Shown in pieces: positions 1 to 9,511 of a stretch of 32,000 bases of DNA (position 1 is its first letter; every line of letters begins with the position of its first letter). The notes under the pieces were generated by a model that saw nothing but the letters and a program-made list of their open reading frames with translations, was not told where the DNA came from and did not search any database. Where the stretch lies: the NCBI RefSeq assembly GCF_000011805.1, contig NC_006840.2; one strand, written 5' to 3'. The stretch is from Aliivibrio fischeri ES114. GTDB taxonomy: Bacteria; Pseudomonadota; Gammaproteobacteria; Enterobacterales; Vibrionaceae. Position numbers and translations under genes: made by a program.

Positions 1-1
1 T

Positions 2-262
2 GAAGCAGTTCGTTCACAACTTAACTTCCAAAACAATGATGAGCTAGTAAACCAAAACACAGCAATTCAGTTTGGTAAAATGGTTGGTGCTCAATACATG
101 CTTTACGGCAACCTTTCTAGCATCGTGAAAAATGCAGGCAGCGACAAAGACGTATACTACAAAATGACAATGCGTTTAATGGATTTAGAAACAGGTCTAA
201 TCGAGTGGGCTGATGAAACTGAAATCCGTAAGCAACAAGAGAAAAGCCTACTAGGTTGGTAA
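2..262 (+). CDS. lpoB: Penicillin-binding protein activator LpoB, C-terminal part (5'-truncated by window)
   Basis: Frame 2 is open from base 2: EAVRSQLNFQNNDELVNQNTAIQFGKMVGAQYMLYGNLSSIVKNAGSDKDVYYKMTMRLMDLETGLIEWADETEIRKQ. LpoB/YcfM-like C-terminus; followed downstream by thiK/ycfP/ndh-like genes as expected for this neighbourhood. Confidence 0.85.
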   Translation, partial: EAVRSQLNFQNNDELVNQNTAIQFGKMVGAQYMLYGNLSSIVKNAGSDKDVYYKMTMRLMDLETGLIEWADETEIRKQQEKSLLGW

Positions 263-285
263 TCTCTTAATTACTTAGAATCATA

Positions 286-324
286 AAAAAGCCCTTCATC
301 TCGTTGAGTGAAGGGCTTTTATTT
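286..324. terminator. Bidirectional rho-independent terminator between convergent lpoB and MCP genes
   Basis: AAAAAGCCCTTCA...TGAAGGGCTTTT hairpin with A-run and T-run on the two sides. Confidence 0.85.
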
Positions 325-341
325 TGTGTTGAATATATTAA

Positions 342-2204
342 TTAAGACACTTTGAAGAAGCTGACTTCTGCTTTTAATTCTTCAACTAAGGCAACCATTT
401 CTGTATTTGAGTCAATCGCTTGAGTCACGCCTGATAAGTTGTCGACAACCATGTTTTTAATGTCTTCCACATTATGTGCGATGTTTTGGTTTACGATTGA
501 TTGCTCTTCAGAAGCGGTCGCAACTGATGAGTTAATATCAACAAGCAGAGTTACTTTCTCTGAAATATTGTTGAATGCGTCTTCAATTTTATCCGATATT
601 TTCGCTAAATCGTTGGTTAACTGTAAGTTGTTTTCCATCGCATCAACGGCTCTTGTCGCTTCTGTTTGTAGAGTCGCAATGATCGTTTGAATATTGGCTG
701 TTGAATCTTGTGTTTTAACCGCCAAAGCTCTCACTTCATCTGCAACTACCGCAAAGCCACGTCCTTGCTCACCAGCTCGTGCCGCTTCAATTGCAGCGTT
801 TAGAGCGAGTAGGTTTGTTTGGTCTGAGATATTACCAATAACGTCAACCACTGAGCTGATGTTGTCTGATAGGATTTTTAACTCTTCAATAATGCAAGAT
901 GACTCTTTAACCGATGATGAAACGCGGTCAACGATAGAAGAGGACTCTTGTAACGTTTTTAAGCTATCAGAGGAAAGAACTAATGTTGTGCTCGTCTCTC
1001 CTTCAGCAGATAGTGCATTCGCGGCAATATCGTTTGCTGTGGTAGCCATTTCAGTAATAGCTGCAGCGACTTGATCAATGTGTTGTAGCTCAGATTCAGA
1101 TCGCGTAACGTTATTGTTAGTCACCTCAGAGATTTGTTCTTGATGTTCAGATAGCTTATACATAATGGTGTTTGTTGTTGTCATTACACCAGAAATGCGT
1201 GATTGTAAGCTCTCTAATGATTCTGTGATTAAATCAATTTCGTTTCCTGTTTTAGGAATGGATAGATTAGTAAAATCACCACTCGCCATTAGTTGAATAT
1301 TGCTCACTACATTTGGGATCTGTGAAAGCTCTTTACGAACCACAATAAATTGAGCAAGAGTCAAAACCAAACCAAGAATAACTAAAACACTGATTAACGC
1401 TGTTCGGATATTTTGAGCATTTTCAAAGGTGGTGGTTTGGTTTGTAAATACGTAACCAACAAGTCCATGCGAAAGTGGCAACTTTGTTAAGCTAAAAAAC
1501 TCGTTATCCCCAGCATCAATAAACATTGGTTTGTCTGTCACCCCTTTATATTCTGGTCTAATTTCGAATAAATTCTTATTTAGCCAATCAGGTGAATTAC
1601 TATCAATAGCAACAATATGACCACTCTGAGTTGTTAAAGCGAATTCAATACCACTATCTGGTATTAATACATTCAAGTTAACCCCAACAGCAATAACACC
1701 AACAATTTCATTATTGAATAAAAGCGGAGCACTCGCTGTTATTTCATATATTCCACTGTTAGAAAGGTAAGGTGTTGATATATTAGCTTCTTTTTTATCT
1801 TGCATAATAGAGTTAAACCACTCTCTATTACCTTTGATAGCGTTAAATGTTGGATGCCAACCATTAGCAGCAACAGAGAAAACATCACCATTTAAATTGG
1901 ATAAGATAACATTAGTGTATGTTTTATTTGATTTAACAATATCTTGAATGTTGCCTAAGATAAGCTTTTCGTCAAATGGTTGGTTTGGGTCTAATTCAAT
2001 GGCAGCTGATAATGATTTTATTGAGCCATAAAGTCCATTTATTGCCGCATTAAAATTAGCTTGAGTTACATCAAGTGCAATCTTACTGGCATGCGTCATG
2101 TTGTTTTCTTTGTATGATTTTAAGAAACTTCCTGATGCAACAAGTGTTAAAGCAAGCGTTGTTAATATAACTAAGCAGAAAATTAAAGTTATTTTTTTAA
2201 TCAT
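342..2204 (-). CDS. Methyl-accepting chemotaxis protein (periplasmic sensor domain, HAMP, MCP signalling domain)
   Basis: 620 aa; N-terminal TM, Cache-like periplasmic region, second TM, HAMP, and the canonical hairpin tip [35 protein letters not shown]. Confidence 0.95.
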   Translation of the reverse strand: MIKKITLIFCLVILTTLALTLVASGSFLKSYKENNMTHASKIALDVTQANFNAAINGLYGSIKSLSAAIELDPNQPFDEKLILGNIQDIVKSNKTYTNVILSNLNGDVFSVAANGWHPTFNAIKGNREWFNSIMQDKKEANISTPYLSNSGIYEITASAPLLFNNEIVGVIAVGVNLNVLIPDSGIEFALTTQSGHIVAIDSNSPDWLNKNLFEIRPEYKGVTDKPMFIDAGDNEFFSLTKLPLSHGLVGYVFTNQTTTFENAQNIRTALISVLVILGLVLTLAQFIVVRKELSQIPNVVSNIQLMASGDFTNLSIPKTGNEIDLITESLESLQSRISGVMTTTNTIMYKLSEHQEQISEVTNNNVTRSESELQHIDQVAAAITEMATTANDIAANALSAEGETSTTLVLSSDSLKTLQESSSIVDRVSSSVKESSCIIEELKILSDNISSVVDVIGNISDQTNLLALNAAIEAARAGEQGRGFAVVADEVRALAVKTQDSTANIQTIIATLQTEATRAVDAMENNLQLTNDLAKISDKIEDAFNNISEKVTLLVDINSSVATASEEQSIVNQNIAHNVEDIKNMVVDNLSGVTQAIDSNTEMVALVEELKAEVSFFKVS

Positions 2205-2606
2205 TTTTTGAAGGTTAATAATGGTTATAGATTGCGCACATTACACTGCTATTTTATGGTTTGAAATTAAAATTTTCGCTCATTTAAAAGGTTTTATAAT
2301 TATTTATAAATGGGTTTTCTTAATGCTTTTTTATATATAAAAAGAAGAAAATAAGACGGCGCTATTTGTTTGGTTTTTATAATTATTTAACTCTAATTTA
2401 TTGTTGTTTAATGGTTTATTTTTTATGGCGCTCGGTTCTTATTTAAGCAGACTAATGCTAGATAAGATAAAAAATAATACCGGCAAGTTTTCGGTTTTCT
2501 TATGTTAGTAAGGGATCTTTATGTAATGGCATTTATTTTCAATCAACGCTTGGGTATTTGTGCTGAAAGGAGTATAACTACATCACATCTATCAAATGAG
2601 AGAAAA

Positions 2607-2948
2607 ATGATGAAACTGAATAAGTTAGAAAACAAAAATCGTCGTATTCGTAAAAAACTGTACTTAGGTGAGTTTGCGATTCTTGGTTTCGAGGTGAGCT
2701 GTGCTACCGAGTTTAAAGATTTCGATCAATATGATGCATTCGTAGATGAGTTTATCGATTACATTAACAGTATTGACCTATGCTTTGGTGGCGGTGGCCT
2801 TGAGTTATTTGAAGGCTTTATTTGTTCAACAGAGCGTTACCGTTCAGTAACAGAAGAAGAGCAATTAGCGGTAGCAAACTGGTTGGACGCTCGTTCAGAA
2901 GTGAAGAAAGTCGAAGTGAGCGATTTAGTTGATGCTAACTATCTATAA
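2607..2948 (+). CDS. yggL: YggL family (DUF469) protein
   Basis: MMKLNKLENKNRRIRKKLYLGEFAILGFEVSC...DEFIDYINSIDLCFGGGG. The tracked ORF starts at 2502, but the conserved protein more plausibly starts at ATG 2607/2610 after a GAG-rich RBS. Confidence 0.8.
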   Translation: MMKLNKLENKNRRIRKKLYLGEFAILGFEVSCATEFKDFDQYDAFVDEFIDYINSIDLCFGGGGLELFEGFICSTERYRSVTEEEQLAVANWLDARSEVKKVEVSDLVDANYL

Positions 2949-2975
2949 TTTTGATTCTCAATAAATCAGAATAAA

Positions 2976-3004
2976 AAAATCCGCCGATAATGGCGGATTT
3001 TTTA
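2976..3004. terminator. Bidirectional rho-independent terminator
   Basis: AAATCCGCC GATAAT GGCGGATTT hairpin with flanking A/T runs between convergent genes. Confidence 0.85.
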
Positions 3005-3010
3005 TGAGTG

Positions 3011-3754
3011 CTATTTTTTCACACATACCACGATGGCATTGCCTGATGAGGCTTCAAGTGGAGTGATCTTTTCATAGTCATGTTCAAACATATGAACGTC
3101 AAAGTACGGCTCTAACAAGGCTGTTAGCTGGTTAAAGTCAACGGCAACCATTGGGTGTTTGTCATCCCAAATTTCGGTTACACCATCTGTTGTCTTTTCT
3201 ATTTTCAGCAATAAGTGCTGTTGCTCACCCTCGCCGCAATAGTTCCAACCTGATTGGAAGCTAAATTGACTGCCTTCATGTTCTGCAGCGTGTTTTACAA
3301 ATGAACGATTGTCGATTTTGTTTTTAGCTACAGAGTTAAAACAAAGCACACCTTCAGGCTTTAATGCGGCATGAGCACTTGCAATACATTCACTCAGTTT
3401 TTCTATATTCGCATTGTAATGAATGGAATAAAGAAAACAGGTGATTAAATCCAATGATTCTTCAACCTTGAAATTACTCATGTCATGCAAAATAAAATTC
3501 GCATCAGGGTTACGCTGTTTAGCAATATCAAGCATAGGTTGGTTAATGTCTAAACCACTTGCTTGGTAGCCATAATTAATAAAATGATGAACATGTGGCC
3601 CTGTACCACACGCTAAGTCAAGATAATCTCTTCCTTGATTACCAAAGATTTGGTGTATACGACGTACAAAATTACTTTGTGATTGATAATCAATGTCAGC
3701 ACACATTAAATCGTAATAGCCAGATAAATCAGTATATAAAGCGTTAGAGGACAT
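3011..3754 (-). CDS. Class I SAM-dependent methyltransferase
   Basis: YLDLACGTGPHVHHFINYGYQASGLDINQPML SAM-binding motif I region; 247 aa. Confidence 0.9.
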   Translation of the reverse strand: MSSNALYTDLSGYYDLMCADIDYQSQSNFVRRIHQIFGNQGRDYLDLACGTGPHVHHFINYGYQASGLDINQPMLDIAKQRNPDANFILHDMSNFKVEESLDLITCFLYSIHYNANIEKLSECIASAHAALKPEGVLCFNSVAKNKIDNRSFVKHAAEHEGSQFSFQSGWNYCGEGEQQHLLLKIEKTTDGVTEIWDDKHPMVAVDFNQLTALLEPYFDVHMFEHDYEKITPLEASSGNAIVVCVKK

Positions 3755-4036
3755 TTTAACCTATCCATTACAACACCAGTCTACTTTAAGTGTTTGATTA
3801 ACTGCTTATTTTGAGAGGTATAAAAGAAAAACGTCTTATAAGGAATGACAAAGCGTTAAGCCTGAAGAGACGCGTAGGGCGCGGATAATAATTCAATTTG
3901 TATTGTTTGAATAGATAAAGTTATTCAATTTTGAAAATGATTTTTTTCGGTGTCTTTTGGTCTTTTTTAAACTCAATGTCACTCTGTGTTAGACTGCGTG
4001 AAAGCTTATTCTAATGCACTGATATAACGAGATTTT

Positions 4037-4873
4037 ATGGATAAACAATTTAAAGGTTTTGGTTTAACTATTTCCCATGTTTCTGCTTTAAGTGGTGGAT
4101 TAACCAATGCGTGTTTAAAAGTTGAAGCAAAAGAAGGCTCGTTTGTGTGGCGTCCAATATCCTTGCAGGCAAAGATTCTAGGAGCGGATAGAGCGAAAGA
4201 ACATGAGATTCTACAAGCGTTATCTGATGAATCCTTTTCTCCGAATGTATATGGAGAAAATGAAGAGGGGATATTAGTTGAGTGGCTTGAAGGTGAGGTT
4301 ATTGCGCTTGATAAAGCTCAAGATGTCGCTGTTGATTTATTGTGTTCGGTTCATCAAATTTCATTAGATAAGTTAAGTGAACAAATAAAAAATAAGCCGA
4401 TGAGTTTAAAAGATCGAATTATTGATTATTGGAATTCAATTACGCCAGAAAATCAAACACCAGAGATGGAAGCGTATTTTGAGTATTTCTCACAGCAAGA
4501 TGAGCAAGCTTTCTTCTCTCATTGCTTATGCCATTACGATATTGGTGCATATAATATTGTTGTTAAAGAGGATGGCTATGGTCTCATTGATTGGGAATAC
4601 GCTTCGATGGGTGACCCAAGCCAAGACCTCACATCTATGATTATTGCTAACCAATTTGATATGGATGATGTTATTTCATTGTATTGTCAAAAACGTCGTT
4701 TAAATATTGATGAGTGGAAGCGGGCGGTGATTCACTGGACCCCGTGGGTGACTTTTATGGGGGCGTTGTGGTTCTCATTAGGTTATCAATTACTCAAAAA
4801 CACATGCTATCAAGAGTTAGCAGAACGAGAAATGTGTAAATTAATAAAATTACTTCCATCAATTCATAAATAA
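4037..4873 (+). CDS. Phosphotransferase family protein, thiamine kinase-like (ThiK/YcfN)
   Basis: APH/choline-kinase motifs: FFSHCLCHYDIGAYNIVVKEDGYGLIDWEYASMGDPSQDL. Position between lpoB and ycfP/ndh supports ThiK-like assignment. Confidence 0.75.
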   Translation: MDKQFKGFGLTISHVSALSGGLTNACLKVEAKEGSFVWRPISLQAKILGADRAKEHEILQALSDESFSPNVYGENEEGILVEWLEGEVIALDKAQDVAVDLLCSVHQISLDKLSEQIKNKPMSLKDRIIDYWNSITPENQTPEMEAYFEYFSQQDEQAFFSHCLCHYDIGAYNIVVKEDGYGLIDWEYASMGDPSQDLTSMIIANQFDMDDVISLYCQKRRLNIDEWKRAVIHWTPWVTFMGALWFSLGYQLLKNTCYQELAEREMCKLIKLLPSIHK

Positions 4874-4999
4874 ATTGGCAATAATCTAGTGTAGATCACT
4901 GTTCTCAGTATTGCTTCAGTTAAGAGATTTAAAAGCACAGTTTTCGTGGTAGATTAAATTCACTTATATGGAAAACTCTTATACCGAACAGGGGGAAAC

Positions 5000-5551
5000 A
5001 TGATTATTTATCTTCACGGCTTTGACTCAACTAGCCCAGGTAATCATGAGAAAGTAGTTCAACTTCAATTTATTGATGAAGATGTCCGTTTTATTAACTA
5101 CAGTACACTGCATCCAAAGCATGATATGCAGCATTTGCTTAAAGAAGTGTATAAAGTGATAGAGCAAGCTGGTGATCCAAACCCTATTATTTGTGGTGTG
5201 GGCTTAGGTGGTTTTTGGGCTGAGCGCATTGGTTTCCTATGTGGTATTCGTCAAGTGATTTTTAATCCTAACCTGCATCCAGAAGTTAATATGGAAGGTC
5301 GTATTGATCGCCCAGAAGAGTATGCTGACATTGCAACTAAGTGTGTAGAAAAGTTCAGAGAGAAGAATAAAGCAAACTGTTTGTGTATTTTATCTAAAAA
5401 TGATGAAATTCGTGATAACAGCGACACTGCTGCAGAGCTTGAACCTTATTATCAAATTGTTTGGGATGAAAAGGAAACACACAAATTTAAGAAGATCTCA
5501 CAGCATCTTCAAGCGATGAAGTCATTTAAAGAAGCGGAAACTCTCATTTAA
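5000..5551 (+). CDS. ycfP: YcfP family alpha/beta-hydrolase-fold protein
   Basis: [19 protein letters not shown]... [32 protein letters not shown]; 183 aa; GGGGGA-like RBS upstream; next to ndh. Confidence 0.85.
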   Translation: MIIYLHGFDSTSPGNHEKVVQLQFIDEDVRFINYSTLHPKHDMQHLLKEVYKVIEQAGDPNPIICGVGLGGFWAERIGFLCGIRQVIFNPNLHPEVNMEGRIDRPEEYADIATKCVEKFREKNKANCLCILSKNDEIRDNSDTAAELEPYYQIVWDEKETHKFKKISQHLQAMKSFKEAETLI

Positions 5552-5583
5552 ACAACCGTCTCTTTACCCTAATGAAACATAAT

Positions 5584-5613
5584 AAAAACTTCACATTATC
5601 GTGAGGTTTTTTG
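5584..5613 (+). terminator. Rho-independent terminator after ycfP
   Basis: AACTTCAC ATTATC GTGAGGTTTTTT. Confidence 0.7.
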
Positions 5614-5914
5614 ATCTAAACCAAAGAATTAAAATAATGTTACATTTCCTTTCAATTACATCAATTAATTTACACCTCTAAAAAAATCTTCTTCATAACA
5701 TCTATATCTGCTTGATAACATCTGAAATACAGATATATAATGCGAAAAACAACAAAAAGAAGCATATATTGCTCAACTTTGCGTAACGTGAACGCTGTTT
5801 CCTCAAGACTTACTCATTTCAGACAATCTAGATATTGCATTGTGAGGTAAGCACAAATTTTTTAATTCGAATGTGCGGGTTAAAACCTTTTTTATTTTTT
5901 AGAGGATAATTGTA

Positions 5915-7204
5915 ATGACTAAAATTGTTATTGTTGGTGGTGGAGCTGGTGGTTTAGAGCTCGCTACAAAATTTGGTCGTACATTAGGTCGCAAGGGCCG
6001 TGCTGAAGTTACATTAGTAGATCGTAAAGCAAGTCACTTATGGAAACCATTACTACACGAAGTAGCAACGGGCTCACTGGACGAAGGTGTTGATGCTATC
6101 AGCTACCGTGCACATGCAAAAAATCACTCTTTCGAATTTCAAATGGGTAGCTTGTGCGATATTAATCGTGAGAAGAAGTTTATTACTCTTGCAGAAATTA
6201 AAGACGAACATGGCGATTTAATTATTCCTACTCGTCACATTGATTATGATTACCTAATTCTTGCAATTGGTTCTACATCAAATGATTTCAATACTCCGGG
6301 TGTTCGTGAAAATTGTATTTTCCTTGATAGCCCAGAGCAAGCACACCGTTTCCGTACAGAAATGAATAACCAGTTCTTGAAACTGCACGCACATCCAACT
6401 CAAAAGACGGTTGATATTGCGATTGTTGGTGCTGGTGCAACGGGTGTTGAATTATCAGCTGAGCTTCATAACGCAGTTAAAGAACTTCGTTCATACGGTT
6501 TTGGTGATTTAGATTCGGCAAAACTGAATGTGAACTTGGTAGAAGCGGGTGAGCGTATTCTTCCTGCATTACCTCCTCGTATTTCATCTGCTGCACACAG
6601 CGAGTTAACTAAGCTGGGTGTGAATGTTCGTACAGCAACAATGGTAACAAAAGCGGATTCAGAAGGTCTTCATACGAAAGATGGCGATGTGATCCCTGCG
6701 CAAATCATGGTTTGGGCTGCTGGTATTAAAGCGCCTGATTTTATGAAAGACATTGCAGGTCTTGAAACTAACCGCATTAATCAGTTAGTTGTTAAGCCGA
6801 CACTGCAAACTACGCGTGATGATGATATTTTTGTTATTGGTGATTTAGCTTCGTGCGAAAAAGCAGACGGTGGTTTTGTTCCACCTCGTGCACAAGCAGC
6901 ACACCAAATGGCAAGTCATGCGTTTAAAAACATCGTAGCCAAGATGCGAAACCAAGAAATGAAACCTTATGTGTATAAAGATCATGGTTCGTTAGTTTCT
7001 TTAAGTAACTTCTCAACAGTAGGTAGCTTAATGGGCAACTTAACCAAAGGTTCTATGATGGTTGAAGGTCGTATAGCTCGTGTTGTTTACATCTCACTGT
7101 ATCGTATGCACCAAATTGCACTTCATGGCGTATTTAAGACGGCATTAATGATGCTTGTTGGTCGTATTAACCGTGTATTACGTCCAAACTTGAAGCTACA
7201 TTAA
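5915..7204 (+). CDS. ndh: Type II NADH dehydrogenase (Ndh)
   Basis: FAD-binding [17 protein letters not shown]; second nucleotide-binding [21 protein letters not shown]; [15 protein letters not shown]; 429 aa; GAGG RBS. Confidence 0.93.
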   Translation: MTKIVIVGGGAGGLELATKFGRTLGRKGRAEVTLVDRKASHLWKPLLHEVATGSLDEGVDAISYRAHAKNHSFEFQMGSLCDINREKKFITLAEIKDEHGDLIIPTRHIDYDYLILAIGSTSNDFNTPGVRENCIFLDSPEQAHRFRTEMNNQFLKLHAHPTQKTVDIAIVGAGATGVELSAELHNAVKELRSYGFGDLDSAKLNVNLVEAGERILPALPPRISSAAHSELTKLGVNVRTATMVTKADSEGLHTKDGDVIPAQIMVWAAGIKAPDFMKDIAGLETNRINQLVVKPTLQTTRDDDIFVIGDLASCEKADGGFVPPRAQAAHQMASHAFKNIVAKMRNQEMKPYVYKDHGSLVSLSNFSTVGSLMGNLTKGSMMVEGRIARVVYISLYRMHQIALHGVFKTALMMLVGRINRVLRPNLKLH

Positions 7205-7230
7205 TCCAATAGATAAACATAAATAGATTT

Positions 7231-7266
7231 AAAAGCAGAAATACTCCGGTGTTTCTGCTTTTTTTG
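7231..7266 (+). terminator. Rho-independent terminator after ndh
   Basis: AAAAGCAGAAATACTCCGGTGTTTCTGCTTTTTTTTG. Confidence 0.85.
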
Positions 7267-7370
7267 TACCTAAATATGAAAAAATGTGCGCTAACTCACC
7301 GTAAATCATCTATAATGCGCGGCTAAATTAATAATGAATACATAGACTGTTTGCTTAAGGAATCCACTTT

Positions 7371-8666
7371 ATGTCATTTTCATCTCAAGGTTTTGCACCT
7401 GAAATCGTAAAAGCATTAACTGAATGTGGTTATCAAAAACTGACCCCAATTCAACAAAAGGCTATTCCTTTAGCACGTAAAGGTCATGATATTCTGGCGA
7501 ATGCTCAAACGGGTACAGGTAAAACTGCTGCGTTTGCATTACCAGTTATTCAACAATTATTAGATTCTAAGAAATCAGCAACTCGTCGTACTGCACGAGC
7601 GTTGATCCTTGCTCCAACTCGTGAGCTAGCAGAGCAAATCGCAGTAAATATTGCTGATTACATTAAATACACATCATTGACAGTAACTTCTGTGTTTGGT
7701 GGTAAAAAAATGTCATCTCAAGAGCGTGCTCTAGAGCCGGGTGTTGATATTTTGGTGGCAACCCCGGGTCGTCTTCAAGAGCACATCGAAGAAGAAAACG
7801 TATCTATCGCTAACCTTGAATTTTTGGTTTTTGATGAAGCAGATCGTATGTTAGATATGGGCTTTGTTAATGCGATCCGTAATATCATGATGGAAGTAAA
7901 TACGTCTCCACAAATCATGCTGTTCTCGGCAACGTCTTCTGCTCAAATGAACAAGCTAGCGAGTGATATCTTACGTAAACCAAAACGTATCTCAGTTGAT
8001 CCTGAAAACACAACTGCATCAACCATTGCACACGTTGTTTACCCAGTAGATGAAGAGCGTAAAACAGAGCTTCTTTCTGAGCTGATTGGTCGTAAAAATT
8101 GGCAACAAGTGCTGGTGTTTGTGAACTACAAAGAAACAGCAAATGAGATCGTAAAAGAATTAAAACTGGACGGTATTAAAGCGGTTCTTTGTCATGGTGA
8201 TAAAGCACAGAGTGCTCGTCGTCGTGCATTAGAAGAGTTTAAAGAAGGCAAAGCACGCGTTATGGTTGCTACGGATGTTGCAGCTCGTGGTCTTGATATT
8301 GCTGATTTACCTCATGTGATTAACTATGACATGCCTTTCTTAGCCGAAGATTATGTTCACCGTATTGGCCGTACAGGCCGTGCTGGTAAAAAAGGTCATG
8401 CAGTTTCGTTTGTTAGCCGTGAAGAAGAGCTAACTGTGGTTCAAGTTGAAACATTGATTCAACAGCGTATTCGCCGTGTTGAACAACCGGGTTATGAGCC
8501 TAAGAACCGTGATGCTTACATTGATAAAGTAAACACGAAATCGGCATTTAAAAATCGTAAAGGTCGTACAAACAATCCAAATGAAGATCAATCTTCAGCT
8601 GAGCGTCGTATGCGTTTGAAGAATGTGATTCAAAATAAAGCACGCATTACTAAATTGAAGAAGTAG
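7371..8666 (+). CDS. rhlE: DEAD-box ATP-dependent RNA helicase, RhlE-type
   Basis: Q-motif, ANAQTGTGKTAAFALP (Walker A), VFDEADRMLDMGF (DEAD), SAT, ARGLDIADLPHVINYDMP, HRIGRTGRAG; basic C-terminal tail. Confidence 0.85.
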   Translation: MSFSSQGFAPEIVKALTECGYQKLTPIQQKAIPLARKGHDILANAQTGTGKTAAFALPVIQQLLDSKKSATRRTARALILAPTRELAEQIAVNIADYIKYTSLTVTSVFGGKKMSSQERALEPGVDILVATPGRLQEHIEEENVSIANLEFLVFDEADRMLDMGFVNAIRNIMMEVNTSPQIMLFSATSSAQMNKLASDILRKPKRISVDPENTTASTIAHVVYPVDEERKTELLSELIGRKNWQQVLVFVNYKETANEIVKELKLDGIKAVLCHGDKAQSARRRALEEFKEGKARVMVATDVAARGLDIADLPHVINYDMPFLAEDYVHRIGRTGRAGKKGHAVSFVSREEELTVVQVETLIQQRIRRVEQPGYEPKNRDAYIDKVNTKSAFKNRKGRTNNPNEDQSSAERRMRLKNVIQNKARITKLKK

Positions 8667-8675
8667 GGCTGAATT

Positions 8676-9122
8676 ATGCAACGTGATTATACTTTTTCTT
8701 GTTTGGTAACTATGCCACGTCATGAGCTAGAAGAATTTAGCCACCGTGTCGTTAGCCGTATGGTTCCAGAAGAGACGATGCAAGAGATCTTTACGTTTGA
8801 TCAAGAAGAAACGACTGATCAAGATCGCATGCAAACAGCGCAATTAGATGCGATGCTACGTCTTTCTGCTGTAGCGCTTGGTGAAGTGACACACGCTTTT
8901 TCTGAATCTGAAAATGCACAACAAAATAGCTTACGCATGATGCGCCTTATCTTATGGCACACTTATGCAATGCTATTTAATTTAGAAGAAGCGGTATCTT
9001 TAGAGCAGCACTGTGAGCTGGTTGAGAAAATCTTAGCTAAACCACCAACCGATGCATTAAATTGGTTACCTGTATTATCTAAATTATTAAGTGACTATGC
9101 GGCGATTGCTGCGAAAAAATAA
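8676..9122 (+). CDS. Conserved-looking hypothetical protein in a likely operon with the helicase gene
   Basis: 148 aa ORF starting 9 nt after the helicase stop codon, with a shared downstream terminator; no motif recognised. Confidence 0.8.
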   Translation: MQRDYTFSCLVTMPRHELEEFSHRVVSRMVPEETMQEIFTFDQEETTDQDRMQTAQLDAMLRLSAVALGEVTHAFSESENAQQNSLRMMRLILWHTYAMLFNLEEAVSLEQHCELVEKILAKPPTDALNWLPVLSKLLSDYAAIAAKK

Positions 9123-9143
9123 GTGATTTAATAGCACTAAACG

Positions 9144-9178
9144 AAAGGTTGAACGCGAAATCGTTCGGCCTTTTTTTA
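9144..9178 (+). terminator. Rho-independent terminator
   Basis: AAAGGTTGAACG CGAAAT CGTTCGGCCTTTTTTT. Confidence 0.85.
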
Positions 9179-9511
9179 TATCTAAATAAAAAGTGAATAT
9201 TTTTTCGAATTAACTGTATATGTATTTATATTTCGGAATATATGGTTATTTTAGAATAAAAAATGGCTGAAATTTATCTTTAGAGTCATTTCACATTTAT
9301 AAATCCCCCATACTTTTATTACTTATATTTCCTTTGATGCATCAATCATATTCAATTTAATAAATCACAGAGATATTGTTAGGACTAATTTACCGTGTTA
9401 CATACGTAGTTAATGATTCGAAGAAAGTTGCACGGAGTGCAATGGTCAATAATCGAGAGAATCAGATACTTGATTTGTTGAAATATATAAACATGGAAAG
9501 AAATAATAATT

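Noticed and set aside
439-1074. Plus-strand ORFs (83 and 126 aa) inside the MCP gene
   Set aside because: Antisense to conserved MCP signalling-domain codons with no RBS or family resemblance; typical shadow ORFs.
2502-2606. N-terminal extension of the YggL-like ORF
   Set aside because: The added 35 residues (MLVRDLYVMAFIFNQRLGICAERSITTSHLSNERK) do not resemble the family, and a better start with RBS is at 2607/2610.
4422-4640. 72-aa ORF inside the thiK-like gene
   Set aside because: Same-strand out-of-frame overlap with a convincing kinase-family CDS.
7915-8142. Minus-strand ORF inside the helicase gene
   Set aside because: Antisense shadow of conserved helicase motifs.
9430-9455. Small hairpin TTGCAC-GGA-GTGCAA upstream of the GH19-like gene, considered as a riboregulator
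   Set aside because: Only 6-bp arms with a 3-nt loop in a long AT-rich leader; too weak to claim function without transcript data.
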